Source: a virus (lineage: Duplodnaviria > Caudoviricetes). Taken from it: DNA of 64,000 nt. A program made the position numbers and the translations under genes. Location of the stretch: the IMG/VR virus record IMGVR_UViG_3300028283_000231; one strand, given 5' to 3'. Shown here in pieces: positions 1 to 5,784 of the stretch (position 1 is its first letter; each line of letters opens with the position of its first letter). Under the pieces are notes generated by a model. That model saw only the letters and a list, made by a program, of their open reading frames with translations. It was not told the origin of the DNA and did no database searches.

Positions 1-50
1 GTTTTGAGACGATTCGATGCGTCACAATAAAAATGTAATCTGAAAACAAA

Positions 51-106
51 GAATACTTACAGCAAATAAAAAACTTTCTTCCAAAAAGTGAATAAAAAGT
101 ATTCTG
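51..106 (+). ncRNA. Stem-ACAGCAA structured RNA motif, copy 1, containing a Gly(UCC)-like anticodon stem-loop
   Basis: GAATACTT (51-58) pairs with AAGTATTC (97-104); ACAGCAA at 59-65; inner hairpin ACTTT-CTTCCAA-AAAGT at 73-89. Confidence 0.5.
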
Positions 107-112
107 TAATAC

Positions 113-184
113 GCAGGAGTAGTACAATGGTTAGTACGTCGGCTTGCCAAGCCGAGGATGTGAGTTCGATTCTCATCTCTTGCT
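113..184 (+). tRNA. tRNA-Gly(GCC)
   Basis: Cloverleaf: acceptor GCAGGAG/CTCTTGC, anticodon arm TCGGC-TTGCCAA-GCCGA, T loop TTCGATT, U73, no encoded CCA. Confidence 0.93.
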
Positions 185-202
185 CTATATATTAAAATAA
201 AT

Positions 203-274
203 GCGAAAGTAGTATAAAGGCTATTACTCCAGCCTTCCAAGCTGGACATGAGGGTTCGATTCCCTTCTTTCGCT
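203..274 (+). tRNA. tRNA-Gly(TCC)
   Basis: Acceptor GCGAAAG/CTTTCGC, anticodon arm CCAGC-CTTCCAA-GCTGG, T arm GAGGG-TTCGATT-CCCTT. Confidence 0.93.
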
Positions 275-279
275 CAATT

Positions 280-351
280 GCGAATATAGTTCAGTGATAG
301 AATATTTGCTTCCCAAGCAAAGGGTAGTGGGTTTGAGTCCCACTATTCGCT
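280..351 (+). tRNA. tRNA-Gly(CCC)
   Basis: Acceptor GCGAATA/TATTCGC, anticodon arm TTTGC-TTCCCAA-GCAAA, T arm GTGGG-TTTGAGT-CCCAC. Confidence 0.9.
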
Positions 352-353
352 CA

Positions 354-434
354 GAGATTAACTTACCTTTATTGATGCACACCATTGCGTGATTGGTAGG
401 AGATGTGGAGTAATTCTCCATCTACGTTAATCTC
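354..434 (+). ncRNA. tRNA-sized structured RNA of unknown class
   Basis: Perfect 9-bp closing stem GAGATTAAC/GTTAATCTC encloses two hairpins (TTACC...GGTAG and TGGAG-TAATT-CTCCA); lies between tRNA genes. Confidence 0.45.
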
Positions 435-443
435 AAAATTATT

Positions 444-542
444 GCGGAGGTAGTTTAGTGGGAAAATTGCCATGATCAGCCATACTGTTTAAGTGCAGAT
501 GAATTTGGTGGGTAGTCAAAGGTTCGAATCCTTTTCTTCGCT
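444..542 (+). ncRNA. tRNA-like RNA with Gly-type acceptor, D and T arms and an expanded, non-canonical anticodon arm
   Basis: Acceptor GCGGAGG/TCTTCGC plus U73, D arm GTTT-AGTGGGA-AAAT, T arm AAAGG-TTCGAAT-CCTTT; about 34 nt replace the 7-nt anticodon loop. Confidence 0.7.
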
Positions 543-544
543 CA

Positions 545-650
545 GGGTGGTTGGTATAATAGGTGAAACCATCAATGTTCTCGCCCTTCCCAGTAGCTTC
601 GGTGATTAATAGAACTTCGGTTCGCTGACCAAGGATAAAAGAGAACGCCC
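545..650 (+). ncRNA. Branched structured RNA of unknown class
   Basis: GTTCTC/GAGAAC and CCTT/AAGG stems, two C-UUCG-G tetraloop hairpins (GAAC-TTCG-GTTC is perfect), 5' GGGT able to pair with 3' GCCC. Confidence 0.45.
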
Positions 651-656
651 AACAAT

Positions 657-739
657 GCGGCTATCGTATAATGGCAACGAGAGTTAGATTATGTCGGTCT
701 TCCAAACCGAGGATGTGAGTTCGATTCTCACTAGCCGCT
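657..739 (+). tRNA. tRNA-Gly(TCC) with a hairpin insertion in the D loop
   Basis: Acceptor GCGGCTA/TAGCCGC, anticodon arm TCGGT-CTTCCAA-ACCGA, T arm GTGAG-TTCGATT-CTCAC; D loop contains extra AAC-GAGA-GTT. Confidence 0.85.
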
Positions 740-743
740 CAAT

Positions 744-811
744 GAATGCTCACAGCAACCAAAAGCTTTAATAAGCAACAAACTTGTAATTTGTAGAAAA
801 AAAGCATTCTG
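744..811 (+). ncRNA. Stem-ACAGCAA RNA motif, copy 2, containing a Thr(UGU)-like anticodon stem-loop
   Basis: GAATGCT (744-750)/AGCATTC (803-809); ACAGCAA at 752-758; ACAAA-CTTGTAA-TTTGT at 778-794. Confidence 0.5.
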
Positions 812-815
812 TATA

Positions 816-897
816 TGGCCCTGTAATGGCAGAGTCTTCTAAACTCTAAGCGCATAATGGAAACTGAAAATAAGGGTTCGAGTCCCTTCTGGGTCAC
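816..897 (+). ncRNA. D-armless tRNA-like RNA with Arg(TCT) anticodon loop and long variable region
   Basis: TGGCCCTG/CTGGGTCA acceptor-like stem, only TAATGGC in place of a D arm, AGAGT-CTTCTAA-ACTCT, T arm AAGGG-TTCGAGT-CCCTT. Confidence 0.6.
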
Positions 898-942
898 AAA
901 ATAAATAATTAAAATTGATTTTTTTATATTAAAACTTTGTCG

Positions 943-950
943 TATATTTG
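943..950 (+). promoter_or_regulatory. Bacteroidota sigma-A -7 element (TAnnTTTG)
   Basis: TATATTTG in an intergenic gap, upstream of the second tRNA group. Confidence 0.55.
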
Positions 951-995
951 CAATAAGAAACTAAAATTTAAAGAAAGGAAATGACGTTAAATCAA

Positions 996-1077
996 GTTGG
1001 ATAATGGAAACCCAGCCTGCCTCACTAGCAAGGAAATGAAAGTCCGAATCTTTCTCCGCCCTACTCAAAAAGGGGCG
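996..1077 (+). ncRNA. Degenerate, possibly permuted tRNA-like element
   Basis: D-like arm GTTGG-ATAATGGAAAC-CCAGC, 7-nt loop CTCACTA, T-like arm GAAAG-TCCGAAT-CTTTC; its acceptor complement GGGGCG lies downstream, not upstream. Confidence 0.35.
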
Positions 1078-1144
1078 TGTGGGTAAAAGCCAAATGATGT
1101 CGAAATAGTGTAACGAGATTTGAATATATAATTGATTATCAAAT

Positions 1145-1216
1145 GGTTCCGTAGATCAACGGATAGATCGGGTGACTTCTAATCTCCAGATACAGGTTCG
1201 ATTCCTGTCGGGACTA
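1145..1216 (+). tRNA. tRNA-Arg(TCT)
   Basis: Acceptor GGTTCCG/CGGGACT, loop CTTCTAA, T arm ACAGG-TTCGATT-CCTGT. Confidence 0.9.
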
Positions 1217-1229
1217 CAAATGGAAAACA

Positions 1230-1298
1230 GCGGATGTGGTGTAATGGTAACATACTTGCTTTGGGAGCAAGGGTAGCGGTTCAAGTCCGACATCTGCT
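1230..1298 (+). tRNA. tRNA-Pro(TGG) with a shortened T stem
   Basis: Acceptor GCGGATG/CATCTGC, anticodon arm CTTGC-TTTGGGA-GCAAG; T stem only CGG/CCG. Confidence 0.7.
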
Positions 1299-1341
1299 AC
1301 AAGGATTTAAGTTCAAAACAGAAAAAACTGACTTTTATATA

Positions 1342-1359
1342 TTTATATATAAAGTAAAA
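1342..1359 (+). promoter_or_regulatory. Putative phage promoter motif W(T/A)ATATATA; the 18-mer TTTATATATAAAGTAAAA recurs exactly at 5762-5779
   Basis: Core recurs shortly upstream of many starts on both strands (see findings). Confidence 0.55.
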
Positions 1360-1366
1360 GATTTGT

Positions 1367-2227
1367 ATGAATTATATTGGTTCTGAATATCATATAGAAA
1401 ATGCTAAAAAAGCTTCTGTATTAGGGAATAAGAAAATACAAGAAATTAAGAATGAAAGAATTATAAATTATAATAATTTTCCTAATTTTTGTTTGAATTG
1501 CAATAATCCATTATCTTATAATAAAAGAAGTAATAAATTTTGCTCAAGTTCTTGTTCGGCTACTTATAATAATAGAAATAGAATAGTCACAGAAGATCAT
1601 AAATTAAAAACAAGTTTGAGTCTAAAGGGAGTTAGTAAAGGTGGTAAAAGAGAACTCAAAGATTATAAAAGAAATTGTGGGGAATGTGGTAATGTTTTTA
1701 TAGTTCCTAGAATTGAAAATGGAAAATTATCACAACAAAAATATTGTTGTGATAAGTGTTCTAAAACAGGAATGAAGAAAAATTTAAGTTTGAATGTTAA
1801 AGAAAAAGTTAGAAACGGAACACATAAAGGTTGGACAAGTAGGAATATAATATCATACCCTGAGAAGTTTTTCATTGAAGTATTGAAAAATAACAAATTG
1901 GAATACAAACAAAACTTTGTAATAAGTAAAAGAGATTTAGGATTAAACGATATAAGTAATTATTTTTTAGACTTTTATTTTGAAGATGGGAAAATAGATT
2001 TAGAAATTGATGGTAAACAACATTCATACAAGGATAGAAAAGAAAAAGATATAACAAGGGATAAGTTGTTGGAAAGTGTTGGTATAAAAGTTTATAGGAT
2101 AAAATGGAAGAATCCAATAAATGAATCAAATAAAGAATATTTAGATAAAGAAATACATAAATTTTTAAAATTTTATGAAATTAATAAACTTATATTTAGG
2201 TTTAAAGGATCAAATGCCTTTGAGTAG
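1367..2227 (+). CDS. Putative homing endonuclease, Zn-finger repeats plus DUF559/Vsr-like PD-(D/E)xK domain
   Basis: CxxC...CSSSC repeats; C-terminal DFYFEDGKIDLEIDGKQH...RD..L...G..VYRI; directly downstream of the tRNA array. Confidence 0.8.
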   Translation: MNYIGSEYHIENAKKASVLGNKKIQEIKNERIINYNNFPNFCLNCNNPLSYNKRSNKFCSSSCSATYNNRNRIVTEDHKLKTSLSLKGVSKGGKRELKDYKRNCGECGNVFIVPRIENGKLSQQKYCCDKCSKTGMKKNLSLNVKEKVRNGTHKGWTSRNIISYPEKFFIEVLKNNKLEYKQNFVISKRDLGLNDISNYFLDFYFEDGKIDLEIDGKQHSYKDRKEKDITRDKLLESVGIKVYRIKWKNPINESNKEYLDKEIHKFLKFYEINKLIFRFKGSNAFE

Positions 2228-2444
2228 ATTTATACGTAATCTACGTAAAGGTCACGTCTTGGGTTTATTTCATAAAAGAAGTCATTTTACTTTCGAAGGA
2301 AAAGAAAAGGTATCATATGGTTCCAAAGAGTCAGCAACCAAGGCTGCTCAAAAGATGAGAGAAAAGAAAGGAACTTATTATTCTAATTATAAATGTATTT
2401 TTTGTGACGGTTATCATTTAGGTAGAAATAGAGAAAACAAATAA
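2214..2444 (+). CDS. Small basic hypothetical protein with CxxC..H motif
   Basis: ORF track 2175-2444; ATG at 2214 fits better; YKCIFCDGYH. Confidence 0.55.
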   Translation: MPLSRFIRNLRKGHVLGLFHKRSHFTFEGKEKVSYGSKESATKAAQKMREKKGTYYSNYKCIFCDGYHLGRNRENK

Positions 2445-2446
2445 AC

Positions 2447-2947
2447 ATGGAAACAGTTAAAAATGTAACAGATCCTTACGGGGAGGAGAATTGGAGTGAC
2501 GTAAAAGAATCACCAAAGAAGAAGAAAATTGAATGGGTGCCCACTGCGGGTTTATGTTTTATGTTCTTACTCCTTGCTTTTATGGTAACTACTTGCGCTT
2601 TTCATGATAAAATGAAATATGATAATATTAAGAGAATTGAAGTAAAAATGGTTGTTACTAATGAAATTTTCAGAGATGAAAGAGAAGGTAAACAAGACGT
2701 GACTAACTTCTATCTTCGTGTAGAAAGTCCTTTTATGAAGACTCCTGAACCTGATTATTTACTGAGGTCTAAAGATTATCCAGCAGCAAGAATACATGAT
2801 ACTCTTGTTTGTTTAGTTAAATATTCAAATACTTTTAGAAAAGAATGGTATTCAAATATATCAAGATTAACTGAAAATAATATAGACGAAAGAGAGAAAA
2901 TTCTATTCAATATAGTAGGACTATCAAAGATTATAAAATCTAAATAA
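2447..2947 (+). CDS. Hypothetical membrane protein with N-terminal DPYGEExW motif
   Basis: One hydrophobic segment; DPYGEENW near the N terminus. Confidence 0.6.
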   Translation: METVKNVTDPYGEENWSDVKESPKKKKIEWVPTAGLCFMFLLLAFMVTTCAFHDKMKYDNIKRIEVKMVVTNEIFRDEREGKQDVTNFYLRVESPFMKTPEPDYLLRSKDYPAARIHDTLVCLVKYSNTFRKEWYSNISRLTENNIDEREKILFNIVGLSKIIKSK

Positions 2948-2958
2948 CATTAAAAGAT

Positions 2959-3864
2959 ATGATTGGAAGAATAAACTATGGTGGTGTAACATGGGAGCAT
3001 CTTGTTAAACCAACTAGCGCTGAATTTATAGAAATAAAAGACGCTTATAATTTTCACCCTCTCACTATGGAAGACTGTAAAACTAATAGTCTTCATCCAA
3101 AGGTTGATACATATGATGGTTACTATTTTTTAAACTTGCATTTTCCATATTTAGATAAATCTGGAACAGTAGTAGATATTAAAGAGGTAAAAATATTTTG
3201 GGGAAACAATTTTCTTGTAACTATTGGAAAAACACATTGGTTGTTTACACAAGAATTTGAAAAGGAAAAAGCTTTAGCGTCAGATAAAAGAATGGTAGTA
3301 ACAAGTTCTGATATGCTTCTCTACACTCTACTTGATAAAGTTATGAAGGCTACTCAGCAATTAGTTGATAAAGTTGACGAAGAGGTTGATAAATGTGGTA
3401 AATCTATTTTCGGTAAAAGAGCAGAAAAAATAATTGAACATATTAGTATTACTAGGAAGAATGTTATCGTGATGAATACTATGTTCAAACCACAGTTAGC
3501 TATTTTCAGTAAACTCACCAATGGAGCAATTAAAGGTTTTGCTGAAGATATGGAAAACTACTGGGGTAACATTCACGATTATTACCAGAATATATGGGAC
3601 ACAGTTGAAGACGCTGGTGAACTTATAAAGGGTTATAGTACAACATTCGACTCTTTACAGGTAAATAAAACAAACGAAGTGATGAAAATATTAGCTTTAG
3701 TTTCTTCTATTTTATTACCAATATCGTTCTTAGCTAATCTTTACGGTATGAATATTAAAATACCTTTTCAGAACCACGATCAATTTTATATGTATCTTGG
3801 TGGTTTAATGTTAGTTATGATAGTTGGAATGTTTTCGTATTTCAAATTTAAGAAATGGATGTAA
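2959..3864 (+). CDS. corA: CorA/ZntB-family Mg/Co/Zn transporter
   Basis: FHPLTMED, HPKVDTYDGYYFLNLHF, TNEVMKIL, YGMN signature and two C-terminal TM helices. Confidence 0.92.
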   Translation: MIGRINYGGVTWEHLVKPTSAEFIEIKDAYNFHPLTMEDCKTNSLHPKVDTYDGYYFLNLHFPYLDKSGTVVDIKEVKIFWGNNFLVTIGKTHWLFTQEFEKEKALASDKRMVVTSSDMLLYTLLDKVMKATQQLVDKVDEEVDKCGKSIFGKRAEKIIEHISITRKNVIVMNTMFKPQLAIFSKLTNGAIKGFAEDMENYWGNIHDYYQNIWDTVEDAGELIKGYSTTFDSLQVNKTNEVMKILALVSSILLPISFLANLYGMNIKIPFQNHDQFYMYLGGLMLVMIVGMFSYFKFKKWM

Positions 3865-3878
3865 TTATATATAGTAGA

Positions 3879-4206
3879 ATGAGAATAATTTTTATATTTT
3901 TAATAGGTATATTTTTCTTATTTGTTGGGTGTAAAAAGAAGGAACCAACAATTATACCTTTTACTTATACAAGTTTAAAAGCATCTGATTCAACTATCAG
4001 AGTGAATGAAATGACTAACATTGTTGCTGAGGCAACAGGTGATGAATTGGTTTATAAATGGAGCTACTTATGGAACATTTGTAGGTAGTGGGAATACAGT
4101 TCAGTGGACGGTTTGCCACGCTGATAATTTTATAATCACATGTGAAGTAGTAGATAAGAATAATCATTCAGATACAAAAAGTGTAACTATTAAGGTAATT
4201 AATTAA
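3879..4206 (+). pseudogene. Frameshifted PKD/Ig-like lipoprotein (pseudogene or sequence error)
   Basis: Lipobox FVGC; the frame ending ...GDELVYKW continues sensibly as ATYGTFVGSG... in the second track ORF; shift near 4070. Confidence 0.55.
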
Positions 4207-4236
4207 AATATATACAAATATGAATAAGAAAGGAGA

Positions 4237-4273
4237 GGTTTTTCGGTAAGTGTTAAAAATTAATCGAAAAACC
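4237..4273 (+). promoter_or_regulatory. 11-bp hairpin abutting the start codon at 4275
   Basis: GGTTTTTCGGT pairs with ATCGAAAAACC. Confidence 0.5.
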
Positions 4274-4274
4274 C

Positions 4275-4580
4275 ATGAGTTACAAATGTAAAGTAGAAAT
4301 GGATATTACTGATAACAGGTATGTCTATAACAGATCAAGAAAAGTTTACCTCGAACAAAAAGGTAAAATTCATTGCTCTCGCTGTGGTTATCACAGAGGA
4401 GAAAATGATGAAAGAAAATCATACGGCACCACAGGATTTTGGAGAAAGACTGGAAAGCGTCTTCGTCACCCAAACTGGAAATTGGTTTCTAAAAACAGAA
4501 AACAATGGATGAAAAAACCAATTATAAGAGTGGTTAAAAAAAGCCAATGGTTCGAGGATTATCTTAATATTGATTTTTAA
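4275..4580 (+). CDS. Small basic hypothetical protein with CxxC..H motif
   Basis: CSRCGYH, Arg/Lys/Trp-rich C terminus. Confidence 0.6.
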   Translation: MSYKCKVEMDITDNRYVYNRSRKVYLEQKGKIHCSRCGYHRGENDERKSYGTTGFWRKTGKRLRHPNWKLVSKNRKQWMKKPIIRVVKKSQWFEDYLNIDF

Positions 4581-4587
4581 GAATTAA

Positions 4588-4672
4588 GCCTGGTTCCGAT
4601 AGCGATCGATTCGACCTGTTTCGTAAACAGGAGTATGATATACCATCGTTGGTTTGAATCCAACACCAGGCT
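4588..4672 (+). tRNA. tRNA-Thr(CGT)-like gene with long variable arm and atypical D arm
   Basis: Acceptor GCCTGGT/ACCAGGC, CCTGT-TTCGTAA-ACAGG, variable hairpin GTAT-GAT-ATAC, T arm GTTGG-TTTGAAT-CCAAC. Confidence 0.75.
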
Positions 4673-4704
4673 CGAGAGTACATTAAAAAATAATAATAGA
4701 ATTA

Positions 4705-4923
4705 ATGAAATATTGTAAAGTTTGCGGTGAAGAGATTCCAGAAGGAAGAGTTAAGGCGTTACCAAACGCTGAGACCTGTGTGGAACATTCAGGAGCAAAA
4801 AAGAAGAAAGGATTTGTTGTAATTAGTAGTAAAACTACATACAGCGAATTAGATATAGTGGATGATAACACTTATAAAATGTTAAAGAAATTAGATAGAG
4901 ACGGTTGGCACGCTTGTAATTAA
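4705..4923 (+). CDS. TraR/DksA-type C4 zinc-finger protein
   Basis: CKVCGEEIPEGRVKALPNAETCVEH matches the DksA/TraR finger pattern. Confidence 0.8.
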   Translation: MKYCKVCGEEIPEGRVKALPNAETCVEHSGAKKKKGFVVISSKTTYSELDIVDDNTYKMLKKLDRDGWHACN

Positions 4924-4944
4924 TAAAAAATAAAAACAAATAAA

Positions 4945-5628
4945 ATGAAAAAGATTCAAATCGAAATCATGGCTTCCGAGGGAGGTAATGATTCAAAACT
5001 ATTAGTGGTAGATCTTATGGATATTTATATCAGATCAGCAAAAAACCAAAACTTCAATTGAAGAGTAGTTGAAGTCAAAGATGGTTTTGCTTCGATATGA
5101 ATAGAAGGTGATAGCGTAAACAAATTTTACGCAAACGAAAGTGGAGCACATTGCTTTTCGAGGATACCACCAACAGAAAGAAATGGTAGAACTCAAACAA
5201 GTATAGTTAAAGTGGCGATAATGAACCCAGAAAAAGAAGCGGGATACGTTTTGAATAGAAATGATGTAACAAAAAATTATATCAGATCTTCAAAAAAAGC
5301 GGGTGGCCAAAATTTAAACAAAGTTTCTTCTTGTGTTCAATTAATACATATTCCAACTGGTATTCAGGTTAAAGTTCAGGACACAAGAGATCAAACCAAA
5401 AATGAAATTATCGCGTGGGAAAGATTGACTCAAAAATTAAAAGTCATCGAAGACAAGAACGATCGTGAAAAAATTGATAACAAACGCAAGGATCAAATTG
5501 GAGAACATGGTAGAGGAAATAAAAGAAGAACATACAGATTGAAAGAAGATATCGTGCAAGATCATATCACTGGCAAATCATGTAGATGGAAGGATATATT
5601 GAAAGGTAAAATAGAGTTACTTTTCTAA
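4945..5628 (+). CDS. Class I peptide chain release factor homolog (RF1-like PxT, GGQ; lacks domain 1) with in-frame TGA at 5059 and 5098
   Basis: Reading from ATG 4945: EIMASEGGNDSKLLVVDLMDIYIRSA...NFN*RVVEVKDGFASI*IEG...ESGAHCFSRIPPTERNGRTQTS...KKAGGQNLNKVSSCV...RRTY; in frame with track ORF 5212-5628. Confidence 0.85.
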
Positions 5629-5784
5629 TTTTTCTTTGAATTTTTCACTTATTTTTATATATTTTTCGTTGTTTAAAGTCAGATTTTTTAATCTTAGTAT
5701 TTTTTATTTGAAGAAAAAATTCTTAACTTTGAATATAATCTTCAATTAGGTCATACAAGTTTTTATATATAAAGTAAAAACTTT

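Noticed and set aside
1-27. 3' fragment of a tRNA at the window edge (GACG-ATTCGAT-GCGTC)
   Set aside because: Too short to verify
22-421. Track ORFs 22-249 and 224-421, and the many short antisense or nested ORFs
   Set aside because: They overlap tRNA genes or well-supported CDSs on another frame or strand and have no recognisable motifs
545-650. Theta/HDV-like ribozyme after a tRNA
   Set aside because: Could not place P1 3' strand, P3/L3 and J4/2 in the required order
1021-1027. Opal suppressor or Sec tRNA (loop CTCACTA contains TCA)
   Set aside because: In a 7-nt loop the anticodon position reads CAC; no tRNA with a TCA anticodon is visible in this window
996-1140. Two-piece tmRNA
   Set aside because: No G3-U70 pair, no plausible tag reading frame, and only about 65 nt before the next tRNA
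5059-5132. Selenocysteine insertion with SECIS elements in the release factor
   Set aside because: Hairpins are present, but the second has no G in the loop, the positions are not redox motifs, and no sel genes are seen; kept only as possible readthrough stimulators
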